From contig CM060733.1 of assembly GCA_030704615.1 (NCBI GenBank), forward strand, positions 13,454,001 to 13,518,000: DNA of 64,000 nucleotides, written 5' to 3'. This document shows, piece after piece, positions 39,237 through 52,383 of the stretch (positions within the stretch are counted from its first letter, which is position 1; each line of letters starts with the position of its first letter). A program made the translations under genes and the position numbers. Under the pieces are notes generated by a model. It was not told where the DNA came from, searched no databases, and saw only the letters and a list, made by a program, of their open reading frames with translations. The stretch comes from Takakia lepidozioides. Lineage: Eukaryota; Plantae; Bryophyta.

Positions 39237-40703
39237 ATGCAAAATTCTCATACTCATCGTCTTCACATAGTGGCGGAAATTGAGAAGGGGGACCTTCTCT
39301 ATGAATATTCTGGTCTAGTCAAGGAGATAGAGATTCCAGAGGTGCAACAGTTGCCCAAGGGAAATCCTGAGGTGCATATAATACACACACATGTGTCGGA
39401 GGTACCACAGGTAAAATGTCAAGACACTGCAGCACCGGTGATGGATGATGTGGTTCAGGAAGAAAATCCGGTGGGACAATGGCCTGAATGGTTCGTGAGA
39501 CATCACACGGTTGAGGATCAGGAGGAACAGCAGCAACCTCACCATGATGACCCTCAACAGGCAATGCTGATGAGTTCCATAGGCAGGACACTTAATTTGT
39601 TGGGGACTTATGTCAAATCCCATGTTCCAACTACCCAATTGACAGCCTTGAGAGAGGAACTCAGGAAGGAGTTTGAGGCTCGACTAGCCACTGAGTGTGC
39701 AAACAAGGTCGATGAGGAGGTCACTCTCAAGATGCAGCAGGACTTGGAAAATACAGAAGCGGCTTTGCAATTGGCCAAGGAACAATTGATTGAGGCAGGC
39801 CTCGCGCAAGACCAGTTGCACGAAGCACATAAGCAACAGCTATACCAAATGCAGGTGAAGCATGAAAGCAAGTTGCAACAAGTAAATGCACTACATACGG
39901 AGTTGCAGACAGTGCATGACAGGATGGCCATCCAATGTGCTACACTCACAACTATTCTTGACCAATCTACAATAGAAATAAACAGTCAAGCGGAAAAAAG
40001 TATGAAGGCAGAAGCAGAGAATGTTGAGCAAATGAAACTCATTGTCGACATGAAGAATACAATCTGTCGCAATGAGGATACTTTCAAGCAATACAGACAG
40101 GTTGAAGCTGACCAAGAGAGGCACATCCTGGAGTTGCAACAAACGGTCATGGCCAATAGAAATGAACTCTCTGTGGCTAACAAAGCTTGGAAGGAAGCCA
40201 ATAATCTGGCTGCTGCCTATGCGAATTTGGTTGAACCTCATGCGAAGCGCATGGAGGCTTTACAACAGCAGTTAGATGTGTACAAACAAAGAGAGGAGCA
40301 CACTCTCAGAGGAACCACAAGCAACTTGGTGGATAACCACCTTATGCAAGTCTGGTTAGCACAAGGGCCAGTGGAGGGCAAAGCACCACGAAAGCTCACC
40401 CAAAGCGAGATGAATGAGCTCAGGCTGCAAGTGCAGAACATTGCCACAATTACTATAGACGATGTCTATAGTAGGATAGCAGAGTTACAGGAGGATATAG
40501 ACGGCCTGCAGACTCAAGTGGAGGACCTCACTTCAAATATCGACAAGAGAGTCTGTGTACCTGATGAACAACTAATGGCTTCTTATTTAAAAGCCTCTTT
40601 GCCCTGGCTGCTGTCTAGTACCTCCAGATTCCTCACTCTCACGATCATTACTATCATTATCGTGCTCTTGGGTAGCATTGTGTTCCTCCTCTGTGTCTGG
40701 TAG
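39237..40703 (+). CDS. Uncharacterised coiled-coil protein with C-terminal hydrophobic (TM-like) segment, inside the pogo element
   Basis: Stop-free frame of 1.5 kb (488 aa from the first ATG), with E/Q/L/K/A-rich heptad-like composition, ending FLTLTIITIIIVLLGSIVFLLCVW. The true start is uncertain. Confidence 0.6.
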   Translation: MQNSHTHRLHIVAEIEKGDLLYEYSGLVKEIEIPEVQQLPKGNPEVHIIHTHVSEVPQVKCQDTAAPVMDDVVQEENPVGQWPEWFVRHHTVEDQEEQQQPHHDDPQQAMLMSSIGRTLNLLGTYVKSHVPTTQLTALREELRKEFEARLATECANKVDEEVTLKMQQDLENTEAALQLAKEQLIEAGLAQDQLHEAHKQQLYQMQVKHESKLQQVNALHTELQTVHDRMAIQCATLTTILDQSTIEINSQAEKSMKAEAENVEQMKLIVDMKNTICRNEDTFKQYRQVEADQERHILELQQTVMANRNELSVANKAWKEANNLAAAYANLVEPHAKRMEALQQQLDVYKQREEHTLRGTTSNLVDNHLMQVWLAQGPVEGKAPRKLTQSEMNELRLQVQNIATITIDDVYSRIAELQEDIDGLQTQVEDLTSNIDKRVCVPDEQLMASYLKASLPWLLSSTSRFLTLTIITIIIVLLGSIVFLLCVW

Positions 40704-42689
40704 TAATCTGAATGCCTGGCTAGGACGGAAATCCATGTCTATCGCTCCACGAATTGCTATTGTAGTAAACTAAAGTGTGTGCACGATTGCAGTATATAGA
40801 GTGAACCATGCATCCTATTCGCATTCATGCTTGACTGCTGTATTAACTGGCCGTTGTCCCAAAACACCCACCTCCACTTTAAAAAACAAATGAGGAATTT
40901 GAAATGAGAATCATTAGTCGGCTGTTTAATTAGCTTCACTAATCCACCATTAATTAACCCCCTTGTACTCCAAAAACACCCGCTAGTGTACCTAATCCAA
41001 AGTAATAATGAACCTTGAACTACCTCCATTGCAAAAGTGCACAGTACTAGGATGAAAATGGTGACTTCATCCATAAAAAATAGGGGACAGATAGAGGCAA
41101 CGCACACTTTTAGATGTCGCTACCTTAACCGGAACATTGCATGACCTCCATTTGCCAGTTTTTTCACAACTGGTATCATTTGGGCATTATTGACCCAATG
41201 AACTACATCCTGTTTATATATTTCATCTATCTATAAAACTATCTATGAAGATGGATGAAATGTTCCAGCTATTCCCGTCTTGAACTAATTCAAGTGACGA
41301 GGTCGGAGACTACCGCAACCTCCTATATATGCGGTCCGGCAAAAAATGAGAAGTTGAAATATTTGAAAATCATCAAGCTCAAGTGTTGGAATTTTCAAAT
41401 TTTATTTCTCATTATGTTCACATAAAATGTGCTATAGAAACTGAGTTTTATGAACATATTATGACTTTGTTGAAATTGTGGAAATTAAGTTTGGAAGTGC
41501 CGGACCTCGATTCTTTCAAAAAATAATTATTCCGGCACAAAGGTGCCGAACCTCATAGGAGGCTATGGTAGTTCTAGCGTAGAGCAGGAATAGGGTGCCC
41601 TAGTGCCACATCATCATTGTCATGCCATGTCATCGTCGTCATTTTTATTTCAAGCTGCCCGGACTGCCCGAATTGCCCAAGGCTAACAACTGAAGAAATG
41701 AGTTATGAAAATCATTTTTGTCACTTATGCTCGAGTCTAACATAACTTTCTTTTGTTTCTTTTGTTTCTTTTGTTTCTTCGCACATTCAATGTAAATATT
41801 ATACTGTACTAGCTTATGCTATTCGTCAGGATTAATTAATTTTTCTTAAAGAAGGGGTCCGGCAGGCTTTTTTTTAATTTCTGCAGTTCCGGCATTTTCA
41901 TGATAAATAATTAAAAAACACTTATATCACATTTGTGTGCGGCTAGTGCAGCGGTATTGCAAGTGAATTTGGCAGGGCCGGTCTGGGGGTTGAATTTCTA
42001 ACATTCGTTCTTAGGAGGGCTTCATTTTAAAATTTTCCGGCAGTCTGTTTTTGCATTTAATTTTCATCGGACAACGTAGGCAGGTAGGGTGGTAGCACTT
42101 CTAAATATTATTTTTCTTTCTTCTTTTATTTTTTTTAAAATGGCAGAATATTATTAAGTTTATTGAGGGAAAAAATAAATCCCCGTCGAACACCATAGAG
42201 GTACACACACCGTAGTCAGTGATCATCGAACTAACCTCCCTAGGGCTGCTGTCTGAGAAAAGAACCATCCTCCATTACTTTTAGTTTGTGATGAGCACGT
42301 TTTAATTTACTAATATATTACGATAATACTTATATAGTACTATATATACTATATATAATATTTATATATACTTATATACTAGGGTAGCATGTGCCGTTGG
42401 CCCAAGTGCAATCTCCTATGTATTCAAGGACGTCTCTTATGTCCAAGCCCAAGTGCGACCTCTAGGTAGCATCTGCCATTAGCCCATGTGTAAAAACTTG
42501 AAATCTAAGACCAAGTGCAATTTCCTATGTATCCCTATGCGTCTCTTATGTTGAGACCCATCTAAGTCCAAGTGCAATCTTCCATGTATTCAAATGCGTC
42601 TACCATGTAGAGGCCCAAGTGTCCACTGTCATGTAAGCCCAAGCGCGATATATTCCTATATATCCAAGTGCGTCTCATATGTATCCAAC

Positions 42690-43321
42690 TGTCAGGGACG
42701 AGAACATGACTGAACACAAACAAGAGATCAGACTAGAGATACAAGACTAGATAAGAAGTCAAGGTCGACGTGGCCGAATGCACGATGAGAAAATAGGAAT
42801 CAAGACGATCTCTATAACAATGAACAAGAGTACAAGATATTGGAACACGACTTGAATACTGAAATGCTGGAAACTGAATTGGAGTACCAAATACTGAAAA
42901 CTGGGACAGAGTACTGGAAACTGGAAACAATAGTAGCTTGAACTGGTGTTGGCGAGACTGAAGAGTGTCCAGTCTTGCCTCCTATATATACTGGCTACTA
43001 AGAAGTTTCCCTAAGAAGCTTCCCCTATGGAGGTTTCTTGCTGGAGAAGTTTCCAAGATTAAACAAAGGTTTCTTGATGGAGAAGCTTCCTTAAATAAAA
43101 GAGATATCTTGATGGAGAAGTTTCCTCCAAAAGAAGCTTCATGAGCAGTTTCCCAAGTTACTCTTGATAATTTGGTAAACTCCCGGTAACTTGATAAGTA
43201 ATGATAAATCATGGTAGATCATGGTAAATCACAATAAGTCATGGTAACTTCCGATCACATGATAACTTGATAACTTCTGGTATTTACTGCTGGTAAGTTC
43301 ATCTGGGCTATGTCCGTGACA
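42690..43321 (-). repeat. 3' LTR of element D
   Basis: TGTCA...TGACA; matches 48413-48999 and 21285-21916. Confidence 0.93.
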
Positions 43322-46300
43322 TCACCCCCTCCTCTAGCGCCGAGTTCCTCGAGGAGCAGTAAAATCTTGGACTTGCTTAGAGTTGGAGAAAATCCAAAAT
43401 CCGACGAATGGTACTTGCCAAATATTCGGCTCTTCGTTTCTTCACTCAAATGATTTATAGGTCCCTGCAACCATGTAGTGTCCAACACCTTGAACTTGGG
43501 ACCACGCAGTGATTTGAGCATTCTGATTCTCGAAGCTGCCTTCAAACATGATTTCGTTGCCCTCTGGGTCCGAAACCTCAACCTCCAACAGAATTATTAG
43601 ACTTCGAGTGGGTTCCACTTGCCGTTGTACGGGGTCCAAACGAGGAAGTACGCGTCGCATTGGTGGCCCATCGTCTCGAGAGCGTCGGCGTGATGTTGAA
43701 TGTCGTGAGAGTCGGAACGACTGATCTGGTAGCTGGGTAAGCGATAACTCCCATGTATCTGGTTCCTGTGACTCCATACTGCCAATACAAGATGCAAGAG
43801 TGCTGGAACTGTAGCTATATATACTGATGTGTGGTGCTCCTCTCTCCTTAGCGTATATCAGGTACATTAAATGTGGAGTCTTCACCTTGAAGCTAACCTG
43901 GCTGACATCATCGTTGTGACGTCGTATTGACGTGTAGCTCAGGGCTTAGCTGGATATCGTTGATGAAACTTTTAGATTTTGTCAAATGCATTGGCAAGGT
44001 TGGATGAAGGTTCTCATGTTCGTTCACTGATGTCATAGCCTTTCCAATGTACGAAATATTCAAGACGTTTATACTTGATGCGAGAGTCCAGGACTTCGTC
44101 AACTTCATACTCAATTTCCTGATTGACTTCGATTGGTGGAGGTGGTACGGAGACTCTCCATGGAATATTCGATGGATGATACAACTCCAATAAAGAAACA
44201 TGAAAGACTGGATGGATGCGCATACTCCGTGGGAGTTCAAGCCGAAAACTGACCGGATTTATTTGTCGAATAATTTTGAATGGTCTCAGGCGTTGATAAT
44301 CCAACTTCTTTGATGGTCGTGAGGTTTGTATGTCCTGTGGAAGAAGCCACACACGATCTCCAACCTTGAACTGGGGTTAGAAACTCCTTGTGAATAGTAG
44401 CAAGATGTGTAACAAGATTTTCTGCAACAGGGTTTCCAACAGTCTTCATGTGGAAAAGGTTTACTCGAGGATGATGACCATAATTGAAGAAAAATAGAGT
44501 TTATTTGGTCGAAGAATATATAGTGTTGTTGTAGGCAAACTCAGCCAATGACAAAAGGTCCGTCCAATTATCTTGGTGATAATTTATCGTACAGCGAAGA
44601 TACTACTCCAAAATCTGGTTTACACGTTCGGTTTAACCATCAGTCTGTGGATGATTAGCTGTAGAGAGGTTGATCTTAGTATCAAATATGTGAAATAATC
44701 CCCTCCAGAAATTTGATATGAACTGTGGTCCTCGATCAAATACGATGTCCTTCGGGAGTCTATGAATGTGGTAGATATTATTGAGGAAGAGTCTTGCAGT
44801 TTCCTTGCCGGTAACCGTCTTATTACATGGAATGAAATGTGTCATCTTCGTAAAACAATCTACAATAACAAGGATTGAATCGGTGGTCTTGGAAATTGGA
44901 AGGTCCGTAATAAAGTCCATAGGCACGGACGACCATGGGCCATTGGGAATGGGTAATGGTTGAAGAAGGCCGTAAGGTCGATGTCGTGGTCCCTTTGCTC
45001 TAGCACACGTGTCACAAGATTTTATAAATTCTTTCACGAGTTTCCACATCTGCGGCCACCAATAGTCCCTGGATATCAATTCCATTGTTTTGTTGAAGCA
45101 GAAATGTCCTACAGCCGGAAGATTATGACATGTTTGAAGAATTTGAAGTCGTGTAGGTCTCGAAGGTACATAGAGAAGTCCCTTGAAATAAAGTAAGTCA
45201 TCTTTGAATTCGAAGTCGTTTGTAACATGTGGGTTGTCTCGAGGTCGATTTAGTTGACTTCGTAGTGTCGTAGCAAATTTGTTGCTTTTCAGTGTTTCCT
45301 GAATCTCCTTTATGATCTCTACATCGTCATAAATAGACATGGATAGCATATTCAATTGGAGATTTGTTGATTTCAAGATGATGGATTTTTGTTGGTAAAA
45401 AACTGCATCACCTTTTTTTGGCGCAAGATACGATCGTCGAGAAAAAACATCTGGTTTTCTTTGAAGATGTCCGGGACGGTAGGTAATAACAAAATCAAAC
45501 ATTGCTAGTGACATACTTCATCTCGCTTGACGTCGATTCAAAACACGAGCACTCATAAAATACTCGAGGTTTTTGTGATCGGTATAGACAGTGACCTGAT
45601 GTTTAGCTCCCTCCAATAGATGTTGTCACTCCTCAAAAACATCGATAATCGCTAGAAGTTCTTTGTCATGGCTTTCATAATTGATCTCCGCAGCGGAAAA
45701 ATTACGACAACGAAAACCAACAGGGTGAAGTCGACCATCTATACCATATTGAGAGAGTACCACGCCAAGTGCAAAGTCCGATGCATTTGCTTCCAAAAAT
45801 AATGGTTTAGATGGGTCTGCATTTACTAGTATTGGAGCCGTTGTAAATGTCTGTTTTCAGCCTTTCAAATGCTTGGTCAGCCTTCTCGTCCCATACAAAT
45901 TTGTCCTTCCATGTGAGCCGTATCAATGGTGCAGCAATTTTGGATTAGTCTTTGATGAAGATTTTATAGAAATTTGCAAATCATAGAAAACATTGTACAT
46001 CTTGGACCGAAGTTGGTTTAATCCACTCGATGATGGTTTGTATTTTCTTCTGATCTATCAAGACTCTTTTGTCGGAAATATTTTAACCCAAAAATTCAAC
46101 TTCATATTGGTGAAAAAAGATATTTTTCCAACTTGGCATATACTTTTTTTTCCCTCAATTTTTCAAGGACAAGGCGTACACGGCGACCATGTTCTTCTTC
46201 ATTCAGTGAAAATATCAAAATGTCGTCCAAATAGATGACTACAAAGTCATCTAAAAATTCTCGAAATATGTCATTTATCATGTGTTGAAAAATTGTTGGA

Positions 46301-48412
46301 GCATTTGTAAGACCGAAAGGCATAACACTGTATTCGAAATGTCCGTACCTTGTGCGAAAAGCAGTCTTCCGTTTGTCTCCTTCTTTTATTCGTACAAGGT
46401 TGTAAGCTCATCTCAAGTCGATCTTTGTGAAAAAATTTGCTCGTCCAAGTTGTTCGAGGAGTCCAGAAATCAGCGGTAGTGGGTAACGATTTTTGATAGT
46501 GACTTTGTTGAGCCCACGATAGTCCACACACATGCGTAACGATCCGTCTTTCTTTTTCACAAATAAGATAGGTGCTAACGCGGGAAATTTCGAATGTTGA
46601 ATAAAATTCTTTGACAAATTTTCATCAATGTATTCGTGTAAAGTAGTCAGCTCCGTCTGAGATAAATTGTAGATCGGGCCGAATGGTGGTTGAGCTCCTT
46701 CTTGTAACTCAATTGCACAATCATAAGGTCGATGTTCTGGCAACATGTCTGCATTTTTCTTCTTGAAGACATCTTTGAAATCTTGATATTGAGTATGTAA
46801 TGTCGAAGTACCTTGGTCTGTTGTGGTTTTGATCGGAGTCGCATAAAATGCAAATGTCGCGTCTTTCTTCGTAGCTCTCATGAAGGCTCTAGCTCCAAGA
46901 AACAGGGGTTGAATACCTTTGGTACTTTTGCATTTTTGTCTTGTCGAAATTTTTCGTGATCGTCAGGCGATGTCAGGATTATGAAGTACAAACCAGGGAA
47001 GTCCAAGGATCACAAGATTTGTTGGAGACTGGATGACATTGAAAACAATCTGTGATGCTTGATCTTTAAGCTTCACTTCAAGGGGTCGAGTTTCATGGTC
47101 AATATATCCTGATGATAACGGTCGTCCATCGATGATTTCAACAGGGGCCGAGAATTTCTTTCTTACGAGCGTTAAATTGTGGTTCTTCGCAAAAAAATTG
47201 TCAATAAAACACACTGAAGCGTCCGAGTCCAAAAGTGCTTCTACGGAGATATCTCGATTTTGCATCCTGATCTTTACTAGAACTATGAAACAAGGTATAG
47301 GGTCTGGAAATATATAAAGAGATTTTTTTTTTGTGAGGAATTTGGGGTGTCTAGCCGCATGGTCCCTGTAACTGGACATCTTCGTTTTCCGACTTCCTCG
47401 TATCGAACACTTGAGTTGTGCCCCGAGCTTTGAATCTTCTCTTGTTAAGGCAATTTAATGCTATGTGATCATCTTCTCCGCAATAAAGGCATAATCCATT
47501 CGAGTAACGTCTTTGTTTTTCTTGTGGCATCAGTGGCTTGAATCGGACAGCATCAATTTGCATAGGATCATTACCGAATATCTGATGGATCGTTGTGTTT
47601 GGTGTCGTAGTAGCAGCGGCATGGTGCGTCGTCAACCATCCAGATCGCTTCTCTTGACGTCTTTCGAACAAACGATTATCGCATGTAATGACTTGGGTGA
47701 TGAATTCGCTCAGTGTACTCACGTTTGGCATTCAGCAATAAATCTTTTACATCATCTTTTAGCCTATATCGAAACTGACTAATGAGGCTCTTCTCATTCC
47801 AGTCGAGGTCGCACGCAAGTTGTCGAAATTCAGCATTATAAACGGAAGCAGGACGTGCTCCTTGTCGAAGATTTCACATCATTCTCTCCAAACGTAGCAG
47901 TGAATTCGGAGATGAATGCTTCAAAATTAAATAGTAAATGCGAATTTTTTTCTAGTAGCGGTGCAACCAAGATAGGGCAGTGCCTGATAGAAGGGTGCCC
48001 AAGAATCCCACTTGAATACCTTCATCGGGGTAGCGTTGTGGATATAGTCGTAGGAACAGTTGTACTTGTTGAACAAAACCGCGAAATCTTGATCTCGCCC
48101 CATCAAATCTCTCAGGCATGCTGATCTTTGGTTCTCTTATAATCTGTTGAAGATGAACCGTTGCAGTAGGTGCTGTTGCAGTAGGGACTCGTATGGTTGA
48201 AGATCCATTGTTCGACTCCTTTAACTCTGAAATTTGTTGTTGCAAATTGTGGAGAGCGTTGTCAAGATCTTGAGACTGATCAGCTTGCAATTGGGCGGTA
48301 GAGGTATGAAGTTCTTGCATCTGGAGCTGAAGACTCTGCAATGTGGCGACCATTTCCGCAAATGTGTTTTCCATCTTAACAAACTAAGGAACAAACTTTA
48401 GTATCGCTAAAC

Positions 48413-48999
48413 TGTCAGGACGAGAACATGACTGAACACAAACAAGAGATCAGACTAGAGATACAAGACTAGATAAGAAGTCAAGGTCGGCGTGGCCGAA
48501 TGCACGATGAGTAAAAAAGAATCAAGACGATCTCTATAACAATGAACAAGAGTACAAGATATTGGAACACGACTTGAATACTGAAATGCTGGAAACTGAA
48601 CTGGAGTACTGGAAACTGGAAACAATAGTAGCTTGAACTGGTGTTGGCGAGACTGAAGAGTGTCCCGTCTCACCTCCTATATATACTGGCTACTAAGAAG
48701 CTTCTCTAAAAAGCTTCCCCTACGGAGGTTTCTTGCTGGAGAAGTTTCCAAGATTAAACAAAGGTTTCTTGGTGGAGAAGCTTCCTTAAACAAAAGATAT
48801 ATCTTGATGGAAAAGTTTCCTCGAAATGAAGCTTCATGAGCAGTTTCCCAAGTTACTCTTGGTAATTTGATAAACTCCCAATAACTTGGTAAGTAATGAT
48901 AAATCATGGTAAATCATGGTAACTTCCTTCTATTTTCTGGTAATTTGATAGCTTCTGATATTTACTCCTGGTAAGTTCCTCTGGGCTCCGTCCGTGACA
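48413..48999 (-). repeat. 5' LTR of element D
   Basis: Same family LTR; shorter because of indels in internal short repeats. Confidence 0.93.
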
Positions 49000-50937
49000 C
49001 CAACGGCGTCTCCCATGTGCGTCTGCTAGGTCAAGGCCCATCTAAGCCCAATGTGCAATTTTCTATGGATCCAAGTACTACGCTCTCCCATGTCAAGGCC
49101 CCATTTATTTTTTTTCGTGAATTTATTGAGTAGTAATATCCAATCAATATTGATATATCTCCCGTCTCTAGGGTAGCTTGTGCCATTGGCCCAAGTGTCC
49201 AATGTTATCTAAGTCCAAATGCATTTTTTTTCCACATAGCCTACGACCGATTTGAACCTGAGACCTTTCCTTTGATATCTCTCCCGTCGAGGCTCCAACC
49301 ATTGTCCCAGGAATGCCCATTTTGCATTTTTCCGTGAATTTCCAGCGACCCAAAGTACTTGATTCCACATCTCCCACACCCGCAGGTCCAAAACTCGTGA
49401 GACCAAGCCCGTGCACCCCTCCTCATTGAGGGCTTTCCAACGGTACCAAGCACCAGCACCGGGCTCGTGAACCAAACAAACAAAACAAAACAAAGGTCTC
49501 AATTCATATATTGTAATATACTTCTAATATGTATATATGTATATATCTTAGAAATATGATAATGATAATAGCTAATGAAATATTTAAAAGCTTATTATTG
49601 GATTTTTGGACAATAAAACATAGTGTCAAGGGCACCACTCTTCTTATTTGCCTAATTTGGATGATATACATGGATGAAAGTACAGAGGAGGATGATTCTG
49701 TCCAATTTTCAGTGGATGAAAAGAAAATATGGCTATTTCCTGCAAAACTCAGTAGCCACTCTTGTTATTTTCCAAATTTGAAAAAAAAAAAAAAAAAACT
49801 CGACAACTTAGGATGGAGGCGGAAGAGGAGCTCCGCGTTCTGCGGTGAGAGAGCAAGCTTCTGAACGGCTCTCTATGGTGATCGCACTACAGTGCTATGA
49901 AGCTCCAACCTTCCAAACCTCTAGCGCGTGTCCTTCTGAATCATCACAGTACTAGGAAGCTTAACTCCAGATAATCATAAGCCGGATCCAACATCGTCCA
50001 AGCTGTCTCAAGCCTCAGCCATCTCCTTCCTCCTTAACGAACTATCCATATTCATCCCTTTGGCTAATTTGAAGTTCTGTACCTTGGGATGTCTCTCATC
50101 ATCCTCTTAATTCGTAGCTGCCATCAGCTGACCTTTCCCTCGATCCGTTTCATTGCCCCACGTTAAGCACCTTTCGTCAGATCCCATCGAAATTATGTTT
50201 GCCGACAAGCTCTGGCTCAGCCCACCATGCAAGCCGCCTCTAGCGATAATTTCCCTCTTCCCTTAGCCAAAACAGCTCGTCACCTTCTCTCCAGCTCACC
50301 TTCTGGCTTAGCTCTCTATCGGCGATTCCCCTCAGGTGCTTCTTACCTCTTCGCTTCATCCCGTATCTTTCTGTAGCTTCATTCTCCGGGTTTCTTCAAG
50401 CCCATATTTCTTCTCCTTCGCTAGATCTTCTCCACACTCACTCTCTATCATCTTCACCTTCATGGGTCCACTTTTCTCACAGGCATTTGGCACTGCTCCC
50501 GCGAGATCGGGCCCATCCCGGCTACGTGACCCTAGACCTCAACAACCATCAACAGGCACATCAGGCCCATTCAAAAAACTTATCATGTCAGGCCCCCCTC
50601 TGCACCTTTCATATTGTTGGGCCAGATCGGGGCAGTTTCTTCAGTCCCCTCCATCCCAGTGGACGCAGAGTCCCCTATTGCAGTTGAGCTTGCTAATTCC
50701 AGTCCCCCTAGTCAGAACACTGACATCATGGAAGGATTCAGCGAGGATATTGCTGACAAGCCGCATGAAACAAGGATCACCCCTTGGTTGACATTGAGAT
50801 CTTTCATCTCGAAGGCACGGTTGCATATATTGAGAGTAAAGGTGTTCTACTTCCTTTTCCATGCAAAAAAGGTGGGTCGAGCCTTCATCACGGATTGGCG
50901 ATCAGGCACTTGGGGGGCGGGGGGAATGTTCTCTACC

Positions 50938-52013
50938 CACTACTATTTTTGGCGGGGGTTTGCGATGCCCCAGTGACCTCCAACCACCATGATTAGCGAC
51001 GGAAATACTTTACGGGGCTGGGGCGCGCCCGGGGCATTTTGCGACGTCGGTAAGTCGCAGAGACGTCGCTCCCGGAACGTCGCTAATTAGCGTCGTCAAG
51101 GGAATCGCAAACCCCCGGGACGCGGCGCCGGCGCGACTTGCGACGTCCGGGCATCGCACAAAAAAAAAAAAAAAAAAAAAAAAATCTGCGACATTTTTTC
51201 TGCGACGAGACTTCCGCTTTAGGACGTCCGGGGTCGTAAATGCGACCCCCAGACGTTACACAACATTAGGAGGTACATTTGGATTTTAGGTGGGAAAATT
51301 TTGAATTTTAAATTTAATTTAAATTCTGAATTTCAAAAACTAGTTGACCATTGACTCCGGTTTTGTCCAATGACAGTTCATACATTGTTCTACATATATT
51401 AGGCAATGCATATTTGAACCTAAGACCTCCACATTATAACATTTCTAAGATACTGCACACTAACCAACAAATCTACAATACATTTATGTATCACAAATGC
51501 AGTCCAAGTATATATATACATATCAAGAGTTACCTCCTAGTGACTACCACTATCTCAATCCTATCATTGTGATTATGCGTACTCTACAGGAGCTCGCACA
51601 GCTGGAACTTGCACCGAGACTTGTCCCCAGAGTTCTTCAAGAACAAATATCTATCAATGGCCTAAGTTTTGCAAAGCTGCATTGCAACTTATTGTTGGAT
51701 AATGGCTATAGTCTGAGGATGTCAAGCCCATTATGCTCTACAATCTACTCCCAGAATCAATTTTCCGCGATGCCCCCAGGAGCCGGGGGATCGCAGCGAC
51801 GCTTTTGCGACGACCGGGCGCTCCTGCGACGGCGGGGAATCGGGCGAAAAAAAAAAAAAATCGTCGCAAAAGCGTCGCTGCGATTCCCCGACGTCCTGGG
51901 GGCGTCACGGAAAAATTGATTTTGGGAGTAGATTGTAGAGCATAATGGGCTTGACATCCTCAAACTATAGCCATTATCCAACAATAAGTTGGATTAAATA
52001 TATATATATATAT

Positions 52014-52059
<46 letters not shown>

Positions 52060-52383
52060 CCCGGGCATTGCGATTCCCGGCCGTCGCAAAAGCGTCGTTG
52101 GGGCTGCGGCGCTGCGACGTCTCGTTGCGATTCCACGGCGTCGCAACATCCCGGGGCGTCGCAACCCCCCAGTGCGTTGGATTGCTGGGAATGGGTTAGG
52201 CCCATTTCGGCGACGGCATGGCATGGCAAGATGCCACAACGTCGTCCGAGCGCCAGTGTTACGACGCCCCGACGTCGCAAGTCCCGAGCCGGGCGCCTGT
52301 GCGACATTACAGTCGCAGGGGGGTCGGCGCGTCCGGCACGCCCGAGGTCCTGGCGTCGCTAACCCCCCCTAAATGTAGTAGTG
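50938..52383. mobile_element. Non-autonomous CACTA (En/Spm) element, 1446 bp
   Basis: CACTACTA...TAGTAGTG termini, 3-bp TSD ACC (50935-50937, 52384-52386), and many subterminal GCGACG/CGTCGC repeats in both orientations. Confidence 0.92.
51685..51991. repeat. Long inverted repeat (foldback), ~130-bp arms and 47-nt loop
   Basis: 51685-51813 is the near-perfect reverse complement of 51861-51991. Both strands give the same peptide LDNGYSLRMSSPLCSTIYSQNQF in the ORF track. Confidence 0.93.

Larger units (their letters stand above)
36530..41125 (-). mobile_element. pogo/Fot1-like (Tc1-mariner superfamily) DNA transposon, ~4.6 kb
   Basis: 24-bp TIRs AGGTAGCG(G/A)CATCTAAAAGTGTGC (36530-36553 and 41102-41125, one mismatch), flanked by TA on both sides. 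Contains a DDE_1 transposase remnant. Confidence 0.88.
42690..48999 (-). mobile_element. Tcn1-like Ty3/gypsy chromovirus D (same family as C), full length, degenerate
   Basis: TSD CCAAC (42685-42689, 49000-49004), LTRs at 42690-43321 and 48413-48999, PPT AGAGGAGGGGGTGA at ~43322-43335, gag ATG at 48374, and fragmented gag/PR/RT/RH/IN/chromodomain. Confidence 0.95.
42379..49560 (-). mobile_element. Non-autonomous Helitron-like element interrupted by element D (5' end approximate)
   Basis: Minus-strand 3' end ...GGCCAACGGCACATGCTACCCTAG|T at 42379. Segments 42379-42689 and 49005-49550 are homologous (inverted) to 54900-55680. Confidence 0.55.

Noticed and set aside
41226-42105. Possible further Helitron starting A|TCTATCTATAAAAC
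   Set aside because: The 5' end looks right, but no convincing hairpin plus CTRR 3' end was found.
49781-49798. Poly-A tract as a LINE tail
   Set aside because: It lies upstream of the + strand ORF1 remnant, on the wrong side, and no TSD was found.
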